Shown here in pieces: positions 7,236-17,894 of a DNA stretch of 64,000 nt; position 1 is the stretch's first letter, and the number at the start of each line of letters is the position of its first letter. Position numbers and translations under genes: made by a program. The notes beneath the pieces were generated by a model that made no database searches, was not told the DNA's origin, and worked only from the letters and a program-made list of their open reading frames with translations. The DNA comes from Candidatus Latescibacterota bacterium (GTDB lineage: Bacteria > Latescibacterota > UBA2968 > GCA-2709665): contig CBDCOX010000002.1 in NCBI GenBank assembly GCA_965219995.1, positions 160,001 through 224,000 on the forward strand. Direction: 5' to 3'.

Positions 7236-10200
7236 TCAGACCGGTTTCGAGTCCTGTTCGTCCGATACGAGTATCCGCAGGCCCTTCTCCCTGTACGCCG
7301 CCTTCTCGGCGGGGTCGACGGTCCTCCAGATGAGAAACTGTTTGCGCAGGGCGTTCATGAAGCCCTGGTTGACCCGTCGCCATGAGGCGACTTCCCCCGA
7401 ACGTCGCCTGAGGGTGAGCGTCAGTGTGTAGATGTCGAACTGGCCGGTGGGTTCCGCCTCGAAGCGCAACTCCTCGCTCACGCCCAGGTCGAAGGGCGCA
7501 AGCCACAGGGTCGTGCGGATCGCGTATCCCCTCTCGCCGTCGCTCCCCTTCCCGTACAGTTGGGCGCCGTCCGTATAAAACGCCCCCATCGCTTCGCCAC
7601 TGTGAGAGTCGAAGTAGTCTGTGAGAAATACACAGAGCCCGAATACATCGTTTCCACCGACGGTAAAGGGGAATTCGAAACGCCAGTCATCGCCGTCGGG
7701 CTCCGGAATTTTCCACCGGCGGGACACGTCCGGTACAGCCATCAGCGACGCCTGCCTGGCGGGATAGAGGGTGGACAGGATGACCACGGCCATGACCAGG
7801 GCGGACGAGGCAACCGCGGACCGGGCGGAGTAGTTGAGCGAGACGCCGGAGAGCAGGTCCTGCCAGAGCAGCAGCTTGGCAACGCCCTGGCCCATCAGAT
7901 AACCGCTTACCGTGCCGAGGACCGCATAGACGCAGGCTTCGGCGATAAAGAGAAAGGCGACGTGGACCGGCGCAAGGCCCACCGCGGAATAGACGCCGAT
8001 TTCCCGAAACCGTTCGTACACGGATCCCATCATTGTATTCAGCACGATGAGCGAAGCGATGAGGATAGGAATAAAGAGATGGCTCAACCCGCGACTCGAC
8101 GTGTCTCCGAGCGAGCTGAAAACCGAGACGTTGATGCGCCCTTCCGGATCCGGAAGGCCTGCAAAGAGCACGACCGACAGCCTGGAGAGGAGTTCCTTTA
8201 CATAGCTCTCCACGTCTGATCCGGCATCGAATCGGAGTGCGACCGACTGGAGCGGGCTGCCCACCTGACGCAGGAACCTGTACGGTACGATCAGGATATC
8301 GTCGGGGTTGATGTGCTCGAAGGGCATGATTTCGACTTCCGGCTGTTCCAGGCCCTGTTTCTCCCGCGTTTCCTGTGTGGTCATCTGTTCGATGGCTTCC
8401 TCGTCGGTAAGCTTGAAGTCAGCGGGACTGAGGGGTTCCTCGTCAAGGTCCTTGAGCTCGCTGAATGCCCCGGCGTCGATCAGTCCGATCACCGGCAGCG
8501 ATTCCCCGAACACCCGGACGCTGGACGCCTCCGGTCGCCCGGGGTCAACGCCGAGGAGTACCGCGATCTTTTCCGGCAGGATGCACGCGGATTCGCCCGG
8601 ACGGAACCACCGACCGGCCTTGAGGGTCCGGTGGACGCCGGTCACGTCCGGCTCCCGGGGCGTCATTCCCAGGACGCCGAGTACGTGTGCTGAGCCGTTT
8701 TCGGACTCCACGGGGATAATCTTCTTTTCCCGGGTATAGTACCAGCTTCTCGGTGCGGCTATTGCGGATTCTCCGAAGTGGGTGACGGCGTAATCGTAGA
8801 CCACGTCTTCCAGCGGGCCCCAGAACTTGCTCCGGATGAGCATTCCGGGGTACGGACCCTCCGTGCCTATGGGAATCCGGCGGAATTCGAGAGCCGACTT
8901 GATGGATGTGAACGACAGTACGGTAAACGTGAGGAGCAGGAGCGTGGTGAACGTAAGCACCGTGCGAAGTTTGCGGCGTTTCATGTTTGCGATGCCGAGT
9001 TGGAAGGCGGCCAGAGAGGCGGAGATTCGCCCGACGTCGGTCTCGTGCAGCAGGACGTCCGGGACCCGTAACCGGCGCATGGTTTCATTGAAACGATTGA
9101 ATACAAGGGAGATCACGAAGGCCGCCAGCGCCAGAATCACGAACGCGAGCAAAACCACCAGGGGGTTGGAGATTTCGAATGCCGGATGCACGTTTGAAAG
9201 AAAAAGCCAGATGAGCACAAAGATGCCGATAAATCCAGCGATCTGTCTTCGGATATCCACGGCGGTAATGATGAGGCGTTCGGTGAAGAACGCACACGGA
9301 ATGACCAGGGCCATGAAGAAGACGACGCCGCGTACCACGTCATTCTGCGTATCTTTGACGTCGGGATAGGCGCGCGATTCGATGCCGAGCGCCGCGCGGG
9401 TGTGCTTCATGAAGACGTCCCAGCGCTTTTCCGACATGGCGTCCTCTGCCCTGTGCAGGTGGTGGCGGGTGCGGCTGTGCAGCATGTTCAGACGCTGGTT
9501 CTCGATGGCGTATTTCTGCATCTCCTGCTTCCGTGCCTCGTTCAGCGTCCACATATCCCTTGCGGCCAGAAACGAGGTGCGCGCAAACGACCCGTGCGTC
9601 AGCGTGGGGTAACCCGTGCCCCGTGCGATTTCTTCATTCTCGGCGCTCTGTGCGTTCAGCAGCAGGAACCGGATGCCGATGTCGCCGGAGCCCGCGGCGA
9701 CGCCGCCGGCCCTCATGGCGACTTTGACCCTCTCTCCCGGACGCGTGAACAGGGTGCCCACGGGTTCAGTGGGGCCGAAGCCGATCGCGTAACCGTATTC
9801 CTGCGGCGTGACGTTGCCGCTGCCGTAGACGCTTATCTGGGAGAGCTTCGTCAGATAACGCGGATCGACGGTATCGTAAAAGTCGGTGGCGATGCACGGG
9901 AACAGAATGATATTTCGTTTCGAGATCCACCAGTCCATGTCGAAGTCGCCCCGATAGATACGCGCCTGCTGCCCGTAATTGGGGGCGTAGGTAATCTCTC
10001 CGGTCTCCGGATCCTGAAAGTAGGCGCTGACGGAGACGCGGCGTTCGGCAATCCCGGGCATGTAGAATTCACCGTTCTCGTCGGCCAGGTCGTAATAGAT
10101 GCGCCGGACGCCCTTGACCGATTTGTCGATGCCCATCCGGAGCGCGGCGATGGCCCCGGCCTTGGGCCGGTCCGGGACGATACTGCGCCTGGGAAAGGTA

Positions 10201-11771
10201 CGTACGAACCCCTTCAGGCCGCGCATGCGGTCATCGGGATTGAGTCGATAGTCGGGGATGAGCGTCGGGTCGTTCAGGGCAATGTCGAGTACGCCCGTAA
10301 TCAGGCGGACCTGTTTTGCGAGGTTTTCAAAGTTCATCCCGTCCGGTGTGTCCAGGGGCGTATCGACCCGGAAGCGTGCGTCGTTCAATGTGACCAGGGA
10401 CAGGGCGAGGGTGCCGGCTTCGAGGACGACTTCTCCGTCGGTCTTCAGGTTTGCGCCGGGGATGAACATATCCCAGGTCATTCCACCGGTGGGGTTGATG
10501 CCGTCCAGCAGCGCCTGGTTCGGATCGAGACCGAAAGCCGGTGCGATCGCCTGCGAGATGCGGACGAATTCCTTGCCGAACGGTGTGAAGAACCGGTTGT
10601 AGTAGAAGTTGCGCGTGCTGTTCCAGACACCGATCTGAGCGGTCTGGCTCGACAGGTCCAGGCCGATGAAGAGACGAATATCTATGGGGTCGGTCATCAG
10701 GGCGGCGAAGTGCCTTTCCTTTCTGGCGTGGCGGCCCAGAAAATCGCAGATGCCGCGAAAGCCCAGGTGGTGGGCCGAAGTGGCCAGAAAGAGTACCGTG
10801 CGCCCCGGGGGATATCGCTTGAAGTAGTTGACCAGTTCCAGAAGGGCGACGGCGCCGCCTGCCATCTCGGCGCCGGGGGCAAGCGCGGGGACGACGGACA
10901 TGGCGTCGTAGTACGCGTTGATCACGACGATCTGTTCCTTCAGGTCCGGATCCGTACCCGGAAGGAAACCCAGGATGTTGTGGGCGGTGTGTTTCTCCCA
11001 CTCCATTCTCGCCTTCAGTTCGATTTCAAGTTCGCCGCGACGTTCAAGCAGCGTCTTCAGAGCCTGTCCCGACTCTTTGTCGATCCAGAATCGTTCCACG
11101 CTGTTCGGCACTTGCAGAAATTTCTGCTCGGCTTCGGTATAGAACGTCGAATCGGGTTCAATGAAGATGATCTGCCCCGCCCCCAGGGTGGCCGCGTTCA
11201 GCCAGTTGTTCCGGGTGTTGAATTCCATGAGAACGGCCGCGCCTTCGAGCGCATGACCGTTGAAGTCGGCGAATTCCCCGGTTGCCCCGTAGATCAATCG
11301 CGTGCGGACCCCTTCCCGCGGCAGTGTGGAGGTCTTGACGAGGTTCGGCCAGATCGCGTGGATGGGAAGCGTGACATTGTCCCGCAAAAGCGTCAGGCTG
11401 CCGCCCAGGTCGACGGGCGAGGTGACGTCGAACGGCTCGGCGCGGACGTCCTGGAGACCGGCGTTTTCGAAACTTCGCCGGATGTACCCGGCGGCGGCCG
11501 CGTGTCCGGAGTAGCCGGGAACTCGTGACCGGTGCTCCGTAAAGCGCGCAACGTGCGCCCTCACGCCGGCGTCCGATACGGTATCGAGCACGCGAGCCGA
11601 AGTCGCGCTCGCTTCGGGAACAGACGCGGGGGGCGCGGAAGCGGGCACTTTCAGACCCAGCAGGGCGGCGAGGTAGGGGTTGACGCGGTCCGGTCCAACC
11701 GCCAGGCAGAAGAATGCGGCAGCGGTGAGCAAGAGCGTCAGGACGAGTCCGATGTTTCGGACGTTGTTCAT
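7236..11771 (-). CDS. M28-peptidase-like/PA domain fused to an FtsX/MacB-type ABC permease (1,511 aa)
   Basis: N-terminal SRVPGYSGH and HNILGFLPG (M28-like); C-terminal NMKRRKLRTVLT and SVYERFREIGVYSAVGL (FtsX signature); start at MNNVR (11771). Confidence 0.82.
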   Translation of the reverse strand: MNNVRNIGLVLTLLLTAAAFFCLAVGPDRVNPYLAALLGLKVPASAPPASVPEASATSARVLDTVSDAGVRAHVARFTEHRSRVPGYSGHAAAAGYIRRSFENAGLQDVRAEPFDVTSPVDLGGSLTLLRDNVTLPIHAIWPNLVKTSTLPREGVRTRLIYGATGEFADFNGHALEGAAVLMEFNTRNNWLNAATLGAGQIIFIEPDSTFYTEAEQKFLQVPNSVERFWIDKESGQALKTLLERRGELEIELKARMEWEKHTAHNILGFLPGTDPDLKEQIVVINAYYDAMSVVPALAPGAEMAGGAVALLELVNYFKRYPPGRTVLFLATSAHHLGFRGICDFLGRHARKERHFAALMTDPIDIRLFIGLDLSSQTAQIGVWNSTRNFYYNRFFTPFGKEFVRISQAIAPAFGLDPNQALLDGINPTGGMTWDMFIPGANLKTDGEVVLEAGTLALSLVTLNDARFRVDTPLDTPDGMNFENLAKQVRLITGVLDIALNDPTLIPDYRLNPDDRMRGLKGFVRTFPRRSIVPDRPKAGAIAALRMGIDKSVKGVRRIYYDLADENGEFYMPGIAERRVSVSAYFQDPETGEITYAPNYGQQARIYRGDFDMDWWISKRNIILFPCIATDFYDTVDPRYLTKLSQISVYGSGNVTPQEYGYAIGFGPTEPVGTLFTRPGERVKVAMRAGGVAAGSGDIGIRFLLLNAQSAENEEIARGTGYPTLTHGSFARTSFLAARDMWTLNEARKQEMQKYAIENQRLNMLHSRTRHHLHRAEDAMSEKRWDVFMKHTRAALGIESRAYPDVKDTQNDVVRGVVFFMALVIPCAFFTERLIITAVDIRRQIAGFIGIFVLIWLFLSNVHPAFEISNPLVVLLAFVILALAAFVISLVFNRFNETMRRLRVPDVLLHETDVGRISASLAAFQLGIANMKRRKLRTVLTFTTLLLLTFTVLSFTSIKSALEFRRIPIGTEGPYPGMLIRSKFWGPLEDVVYDYAVTHFGESAIAAPRSWYYTREKKIIPVESENGSAHVLGVLGMTPREPDVTGVHRTLKAGRWFRPGESACILPEKIAVLLGVDPGRPEASSVRVFGESLPVIGLIDAGAFSELKDLDEEPLSPADFKLTDEEAIEQMTTQETREKQGLEQPEVEIMPFEHINPDDILIVPYRFLRQVGSPLQSVALRFDAGSDVESYVKELLSRLSVVLFAGLPDPEGRINVSVFSSLGDTSSRGLSHLFIPILIASLIVLNTMMGSVYERFREIGVYSAVGLAPVHVAFLFIAEACVYAVLGTVSGYLMGQGVAKLLLWQDLLSGVSLNYSARSAVASSALVMAVVILSTLYPARQASLMAVPDVSRRWKIPEPDGDDWRFEFPFTVGGNDVFGLCVFLTDYFDSHSGEAMGAFYTDGAQLYGKGSDGERGYAIRTTLWLAPFDLGVSEELRFEAEPTGQFDIYTLTLTLRRRSGEVASWRRVNQGFMNALRKQFLIWRTVDPAEKAAYREKGLRILVSDEQDSKPV

Positions 11772-11875
11772 AGGGAGTTCACGTCGGGATCTACCGAATC
11801 CCGGCATCCTGTCGGCGGCGGCGATTCAATCCGTACAACGGGCCCGATGAAGCGGGAACCGCCCGTCGCCGTCGT

Positions 11876-13882
11876 TCAGAAGCGATGAACGCTGTGGCCG
11901 CGTTCGGGGAACCAGACGACGTCGATGAACGCGGAGAGGGCTACGCCCAGTATGTAACCGGCGAGCAGGCCGATAAAAAGCGGGCGGGACTTTCGGTACA
12001 CGGAGGGCCCGCCCATTTTCAACATCACAAGTTTGACAAGCCAGGCCAGCATGATGGTCATGCTGGTTCGCCGTGCGAGATACGAACCGGAGATGGCCAG
12101 TCCGACCGGATGCAGCGGCCACCAGACGAAGCGATGCCGCATGAAGATCAGCAGAAGCGTGGCCAGGCCGCCCAGGCCGAAGAACACCATGTAGTCCGGA
12201 TGTTCCCGGTAAACTGGCAAATCGGGTTTTTTCGTAAGGTAGTTCTTGACGGACGTCGCGGTGCCTTCGAAATGTTTGGGGCCCGCCCGCACGATTTCCC
12301 AGGAGTTGAAATTGTAGGCGCCGTCCCGGTATCCCAGTTGGATCGTGAGCAGAACGCTCGCGACAAAACTGACCAGAAAGGCCAGTACAACGGCATACAT
12401 GAGACGCCGGCGGCCGCCTCGTACGCCCTCCGCAACGCGTCCGGCGTGTGCAAGTGCGGGCAGGAAGAGGCCTTTGAAGTGGGACGTGATTCTGGACGCG
12501 AACCGGAGGGCGACCCGCGTACCTTCGTTGACGTTCGATGACCCGATGAAAGGCGATACGAGACCCCACGGGCCCGCGGGCACATTGGTGTACGGCATGC
12601 CGGTCTCCGCGAGAATCTTGGCCAGGCCGACGTATGTGAAGATGACCGCCGGAAGGAGCAAGGCCGCGAGAAGCGGGTCGAAGCCGATGCGTGAAAGCCA
12701 GAGCCACATGAAAGCGAGACCCACGAGCATGGCCACAACCGCCGTACGGCAGGAGAGCGGTTCGTCACGGTCGTCCATCGGATGGTCCCTGTTCCAGGCC
12801 TTGCGGAATACATCCCTGATGTGGCGTCTGGCAACCCAGAAAACAGAAGCGGCCAGCATGGCAAAAGCGCCCTTGGTCTGCCAGTAGTAGACCCCACGGT
12901 AATAGTATGGCGATATGGCCGTAAACCCCCGGCGGTGCAGCCAGCCGCCTTCGACGATGAACAGCAGGTCGAAGAACCATATACTGAACAAAACGTCCAG
13001 GCTGGCGAAATATGAGAAAAAGATAGTAAACAGACCCAGGAATCCAAAGGCAGGCGGATGTTGACGGTCGATCCAGTACCACCTGCCGCGATAGACCGGA
13101 AACCGCGGAAAGCCGGGCAGGAAATAATTGATGCAGTTCCAGGCGATCATCCCGAAAGCCAGACCGAAGCCGATCCAGAACAGGTAATTCTTCGTGAAAT
13201 CGGGCAGCGCGAATCTGCCGCTGCCGGGTTCTTCCGCCATGTGAATCAGCGGCGCCATGGCCGGAAAGGCCAGTCGTTCGTTCTGCACCCATTGTCTGCG
13301 AAATACGACGGCGACACAGGCCAGGACCACGAATGCCGCCATGATAAACGTCGTCCACCAGAGCAGGGGCAGCAGCCACGCGTCCCATGGGATCTGCGCG
13401 CCTTTGGGTGCGCCCTCGAAAAACCAGGTGACCGCCTTGTTTTCGTCGGACGGGATCAGCCACGGATTGATGTACGGATGCAGGTAGGTGTTCCATTCGT
13501 TGACTTCGGTTGCAAAATAGTACGGGGTCGCAATATATCCGAGCAGATATCCGCTCAGGCCGAAACCCGGTACGGCCGCGCCGACGATGCCCATGGCCAG
13601 AATGGTGTGCCACTCCGGCGATGAAAGCTTCCACGGGGAGAATCGTGCGATCAATGCGCCGATGACGATCATCAGCACATACACAATGAGCATGGCCATC
13701 GGGACATGGCTGTAGGTCATCAACGAGCCATGTACCACGTACCTGAGGTGGATCGCCAGGGCGTCCAGGCCCACGACCAGAACCAGTCCCGAAAGCACGG
13801 ATCGGACGGTAACGCCGCGGGTTGGTTCGGCGGACGCCGCAGTTGTCTCAAAGGTGTCGGCTGTAGTTTCCGGATTGGCCAT
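11876..13882 (-). CDS. DUF6785/DUF6784-like polytopic membrane protein
   Basis: Many TM segments; RRQWVQNERLAFP, WWPLHPVG and RPLFIGLLAG motifs recalled for this family. Confidence 0.72.
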   Translation of the reverse strand: MANPETTADTFETTAASAEPTRGVTVRSVLSGLVLVVGLDALAIHLRYVVHGSLMTYSHVPMAMLIVYVLMIVIGALIARFSPWKLSSPEWHTILAMGIVGAAVPGFGLSGYLLGYIATPYYFATEVNEWNTYLHPYINPWLIPSDENKAVTWFFEGAPKGAQIPWDAWLLPLLWWTTFIMAAFVVLACVAVVFRRQWVQNERLAFPAMAPLIHMAEEPGSGRFALPDFTKNYLFWIGFGLAFGMIAWNCINYFLPGFPRFPVYRGRWYWIDRQHPPAFGFLGLFTIFFSYFASLDVLFSIWFFDLLFIVEGGWLHRRGFTAISPYYYRGVYYWQTKGAFAMLAASVFWVARRHIRDVFRKAWNRDHPMDDRDEPLSCRTAVVAMLVGLAFMWLWLSRIGFDPLLAALLLPAVIFTYVGLAKILAETGMPYTNVPAGPWGLVSPFIGSSNVNEGTRVALRFASRITSHFKGLFLPALAHAGRVAEGVRGGRRRLMYAVVLAFLVSFVASVLLTIQLGYRDGAYNFNSWEIVRAGPKHFEGTATSVKNYLTKKPDLPVYREHPDYMVFFGLGGLATLLLIFMRHRFVWWPLHPVGLAISGSYLARRTSMTIMLAWLVKLVMLKMGGPSVYRKSRPLFIGLLAGYILGVALSAFIDVVWFPERGHSVHRF

Positions 13883-14056
13883 GGTTCGGCCTCGGGAATC
13901 GGAGGGTGGGCGATTTCAACGGGACGTGGCGTTCCGGCCGCGTGTACGGATTCGACCGGTACGCGAGGCCTGACGGAATGGTACGCCGATTCATCGTTAC
14001 CCGGATTCGCGGATCCGGCGCGCCGCTTCTGTACGCCTCGAGCAATTGCAACTGTC

Positions 14057-14085
14057 TTGACAACCCGGGGTCGTTTTGTTAGATT
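14057..14085 (+). promoter_or_regulatory. sigma70 promoter for tRNA-Phe
   Basis: TTGACA-17bp-TAGATT with extended -10 TG. Confidence 0.7.
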
Positions 14086-14133
14086 TGCGCGTTTGTCGTT
14101 CAGCTGGAAAGACGCGATCTTCCGTGTTTCGGG

Positions 14134-14209
<76 letters not shown>

Positions 14210-14240
14210 TTTTTTCTGCGGGATTACCCCGAGGTCGACA

Positions 14241-14420
14241 ATGGCCGTTCCCGAAATCATCGTGAACCGCGACCGGTTGATTGAACTGGTGCAGAAAGGC
14301 CGTACGCCCGAGCAGATTGCCGAAATGTTCCGCGTCGACGCCGCCGTTATTCGGGAGATGATCCGCCGACTGGTGCAGAACGGGTATTACGACCTGCTTC
14401 ATGGATCACAAGCGCGTTAG
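14241..14420 (+). CDS. Small helix-turn-helix protein (59 aa)
   Basis: GAGG SD; GRTPEQIAEMFRVDAAVIREMIRRL HTH pattern. Confidence 0.65.
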   Translation: MAVPEIIVNRDRLIELVQKGRTPEQIAEMFRVDAAVIREMIRRLVQNGYYDLLHGSQAR

Positions 14421-14494
14421 CAGTCCGTGATTCCTGTTGCGGAACGGCGCGCGAACCGGACTGCTGTGGAAACGCCTGAAGTCTCCGGAATATA

Positions 14495-14537
14495 CGAAAA
14501 GGCGTTCGTCGTTCAAGACGGACGCCTCGTTTTTTCG
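14495..14537. terminator. Probable bidirectional intrinsic terminator
   Basis: AAAAGGCGTTCGTC...GACGGACGCCTCGTTTTTT imperfect hairpin between convergent units. Confidence 0.55.
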
Positions 14538-14551
14538 TACGCTGCCTTCTG

Positions 14552-15340
14552 TCAATTGCTCAGTTCTTCGATATCCAGTCCTTCGATCCGCCCTTCCTGA
14601 ATGTCGATTTCGTCACGCCTGCGAACCAGCTCCACCTGCCCGTCACGAAGGTCCACGACCCGGTCGGACGCGACCAGCATCTTGTGGTCGTGCGTGTTCG
14701 TGACGATGGTGACGCCGCTCTCCGACTGGAGTCTTTGCAGCAGTTCGATAATCTCCTGCCCGGTTTTCAGGTCCAGGTTTCCGGTGGGTTCGTCCGCGAG
14801 AACCAGGTCGGGGTCGTTGGCAATGGCCCGGGCGATGGCCACGCGCTGCTGCTGGCCTCCCGAGAGTTCGTACGGGTTGTGGCGAAGGCGCTCCCCCAGA
14901 CCCACCAGTGACAGCTTGTGAGCGGCCTTCTCCTCGTATTCCGACTTCTTCATTCCCGAAAAAACCATGGGCAGCGCGACATTTTCCAGCGCGGTCATCA
15001 CGGGGATGAGATTGAAACTCTGGAATATATAGCCGATATTGTGGCACCGGAGGTAGGCAATTTGCGACTGGCTGAGGCTTCCCATTTCGATCGCGTTGAC
15101 CACGACCGTGCCCTTGGTGGGTCGGTCCAGGGCGCCGACCATATTGAATAGCGTCGTCTTTCCGGAGCCGGACGGTCCCATGATGGAGAGGTATTCGCCA
15201 CGGATGACGTCGAGAGAGACGCCGCGAAGCGCGTGGACTTCCTGGTCTCCCATCGCGTAGGTCTTCCAGACGTCGTGCACCTCGATGATATGATCTTCAT
15301 TTTCCGGCTGGTCGGATGGGGCATTGGGCGCCGACGCCAT
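14552..15340 (-). CDS. ABC transporter ATP-binding protein (LolD/MacB-like)
   Basis: GPSGSGKTT Walker A, LSGGQQQRVAIARA, LADEPTGNLD. Confidence 0.93.
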   Translation of the reverse strand: MASAPNAPSDQPENEDHIIEVHDVWKTYAMGDQEVHALRGVSLDVIRGEYLSIMGPSGSGKTTLFNMVGALDRPTKGTVVVNAIEMGSLSQSQIAYLRCHNIGYIFQSFNLIPVMTALENVALPMVFSGMKKSEYEEKAAHKLSLVGLGERLRHNPYELSGGQQQRVAIARAIANDPDLVLADEPTGNLDLKTGQEIIELLQRLQSESGVTIVTNTHDHKMLVASDRVVDLRDGQVELVRRRDEIDIQEGRIEGLDIEELSN

Positions 15341-15402
15341 AGCGGCTTCTCCTTGAAGACGGCTTCCTTACGTTTTTCTTGGAATTTGAAGATAGCCCGC
15401 GT

Positions 15403-15431
15403 ATGTTAGAGAAAATGAGCGCGTCTGTCAA
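15403..15431 (-). promoter_or_regulatory. sigma70 promoter for the ABC ATPase
   Basis: Minus strand TTGACA-17bp-TAACAT. Confidence 0.6.
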
Positions 15432-15533
15432 GAATTTTGTCGAACCCGGGATGATTCGTGATCAGGTAGGCGGCGGGTCGCCGATTGTGTCGCGTGCGCG
15501 CCCTGACGGTTCGGACGCCAGGAGGTGTCGCCA

Positions 15534-16361
15534 ATGAAGCTTGCGGTGTGTAATGAGTTTTTCGAAGACTGGGAGATCGAGCGGGTTTTTGACTACGCTG
15601 CGCGGATCGGTTGCGACGGGGTCGAGATTGCGCCGTTCACCCTGGCGGAGACGGTCCACGACATTTCAACCGGCAGCAGGCGGGACATTCGCCGGGCCGC
15701 GGAAGCGGCGGGCGTGGAAATCGTGGGTCTGCATTGGCTGCTGGTGAAACCCGCCGGTCTGTACATCAACCACCCGGACAGGCGGGTCCGGCAGCGCACG
15801 CAGGATTATGTGAAGGCGTTGATCGACTTCTGCGGAGATCTCGGGGGCGAAGTGATGATTCACGGCTCGCCCCAGCAGCGGAATATCCAGGAGGGATGGG
15901 ACCCCGGCGACTGCTTCGACCGGGCCGTCGATCTGTTCGCCGGGTGCTCGGACGTGATGTCGGATCGCGGCGTTACCTATTGCATCGAGCCGCTGACGGA
16001 TCAGGAGACCAATTTCGTAACCGGTGTGGACGAGGCCCTTAAGCTGGTCGACGCCGTGGGGCACCCGAATTTTCAGACGATGGTGGATTGTCGTGCGGCG
16101 GCCACGGAGGCAGCGTCCCATGCGGAGGTGATTGCCCGGGCCGGAAACGCCATGCGGCACGTCCACGTCAACGACCCCAATCTGCGCGGGCCCGGGTTCG
16201 GCGAACTTCAGTTCACGCCAATTCTGAAGGCGCTCAGGGATCTGAGATACAACGGATATGTATCGGTTGAAGTCTTCGACTTCGAACCGGACCCGGAAAC
16301 GATCGCCGCGCGCAGCATCGGCTATCTGAAGGGGATTCTCGAAGCGCTTGCAGTGGAATGA
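15534..16361 (+). CDS. Sugar phosphate isomerase/epimerase (xylose isomerase-like TIM barrel)
   Basis: AGGAGG SD; IEPL, HVHVND..GPGFG and YVSVEVF motifs. Confidence 0.88.
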   Translation: MKLAVCNEFFEDWEIERVFDYAARIGCDGVEIAPFTLAETVHDISTGSRRDIRRAAEAAGVEIVGLHWLLVKPAGLYINHPDRRVRQRTQDYVKALIDFCGDLGGEVMIHGSPQQRNIQEGWDPGDCFDRAVDLFAGCSDVMSDRGVTYCIEPLTDQETNFVTGVDEALKLVDAVGHPNFQTMVDCRAAATEAASHAEVIARAGNAMRHVHVNDPNLRGPGFGELQFTPILKALRDLRYNGYVSVEVFDFEPDPETIAARSIGYLKGILEALAVE

Positions 16362-16400
16362 GAGTTCGTACGTTAATTCCGGTCCCGACTCCGCACGGGA

Positions 16401-17837
16401 TCAGAAGGCTCCCGCGTCGTCATCGGCGACCGGCGTGAGCCGCAGGACGGTCCCCGGGTTGTTCAGGACGACGTAGATGGCGCCGTCCGGTCCGCTCGCC
16501 ACGTCACGCACGCGACCGGCGTTCTTGAGGATGGTTTCCTGGTAGATCACGCGGTCGTTTTCGATCGCGAGGAGGCGGACCTCCTCAAACGCGAGGGCGC
16601 CCACGAGCAGTCGGTTCTTCCAGCGCGCGAAGAGGTCGCCGCGGTAGAAGTCGATGCCGCACACGGCGATGGAGGGACGCCAGAACAGGACCGGCTGTTC
16701 GAGGCCGGGCTTTCGCTCGAACTCCGAGACAGGGGTCCCGTTGTAGTTCCGGCCGTACGTAATTGCCGGCCAGCCGTAATTGACCCCTGCCCGTATGAGG
16801 TTGATTTCGTCCCCGCCCATGGGCCCGTGCTCGCTCTCCCAGAGGGCGCCCGTCACCGGATGCACGGCCAGGCCCTGCGGGTTGCGCTGGCCGAAGCTGA
16901 ATACGGTCGGAAGGGCGCCTTCCGTCTCCAGGAAGGGGTTGTCTGCGGGTATCCGGCCGTCCCTGTGGATGCGGTGAATTTTCCCGCCGGGCCTGCCCAA
17001 ATCCTGCGCGTGCCGGGGTATGCCCCGGTCGCCAACCGGAAAGTAGAGATAGCCGGCCGGATCGAATGCAATGCGGCAGCCGTAGTGGTACCGGGTTCGG
17101 CCATAGGTCTCGTGCGGTGCTTCGTATATGACCTGCTGATCGGTCCAGGCGTTATTCCTGAGACGACCCCTGACGAGGCGCGTCATCGCGGGTGGTCGGT
17201 CGGCGCCGGCGGTGTCCGCGAGCGCGTGGCTGTACGCGAGATAGATCCATCCGTTTTCATTGTAATCGGGGTCGACGGCCACGTCCATCAGCCCGCCCTG
17301 TCCCTGATGCAGGACCCGGGGCGTATCCGATACGGGATCGGGACGCAGCACGCCGTTCCTCACCACGCGAAGCCTGCCGGGTCGCTCGGTGATGAGTGCG
17401 GTGTCGTTATCGGGGAAGTCTATCGACCAGGGAATCCGCAGACCCTCCACCCAGCGTTCAACACGAATACGATAGTCGTACGTGTCGAGGGTGTCCGGAA
17501 TGGGCGGTTTCTTTCCGCCTGCGGATTCTTCGGCCTCCCGGATGTATTTCGAGATGGCGTTGATCTGGTTCCGCGCAAGCACGTGTCCGAACGCGGGCAT
17601 TCCCTGCTGGACGATGCCGAACATGATGTTTCGGGCGATGTTCCCGCGTCCGCCGTAGATCCAGACACCGTCGGTCAGACTGGGCGCGGTAACGCCCTCC
17701 AGGTTCTGACCGTGACAGGTCGCGCAATACTGGCGATAGAGCGCCCGACCGTCTGTCGATGGTTCGCCGGCCGCAAAGGAAGGGCTGCAGATGGCGGATA
17801 TGACGCCCAGTAGAAGACTGGCCGGCACACGTTTCAT
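16401..17837 (-). CDS. PQQ-dependent glucose/sorbosone dehydrogenase with an N-terminal cytochrome c domain
   Basis: Signal peptide, CATCH heme motif, GQGGLMDVAVDP, RNPQG, EHGPMGGDEIN, NYGWP; GAGGAGG SD. Confidence 0.9.
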   Translation of the reverse strand: MKRVPASLLLGVISAICSPSFAAGEPSTDGRALYRQYCATCHGQNLEGVTAPSLTDGVWIYGGRGNIARNIMFGIVQQGMPAFGHVLARNQINAISKYIREAEESAGGKKPPIPDTLDTYDYRIRVERWVEGLRIPWSIDFPDNDTALITERPGRLRVVRNGVLRPDPVSDTPRVLHQGQGGLMDVAVDPDYNENGWIYLAYSHALADTAGADRPPAMTRLVRGRLRNNAWTDQQVIYEAPHETYGRTRYHYGCRIAFDPAGYLYFPVGDRGIPRHAQDLGRPGGKIHRIHRDGRIPADNPFLETEGALPTVFSFGQRNPQGLAVHPVTGALWESEHGPMGGDEINLIRAGVNYGWPAITYGRNYNGTPVSEFERKPGLEQPVLFWRPSIAVCGIDFYRGDLFARWKNRLLVGALAFEEVRLLAIENDRVIYQETILKNAGRVRDVASGPDGAIYVVLNNPGTVLRLTPVADDDAGAF

Positions 17838-17894
17838 AATTCCTCCTCGTGGCTTGTCGATGCGCGCGATTCGCGTCTGTTTCGCAGTGGTCCG

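Noticed and set aside
1590-11528. Long plus-strand ORFs (1590-3437, 4598-6769, 9402-11528)
   Set aside because: Antisense shadows of clear minus-strand genes, expected at high GC; no motifs
16401-17837. Cytochrome c fused to a PQQ sugar dehydrogenase as a novelty
   Set aside because: This is a common, known domain architecture
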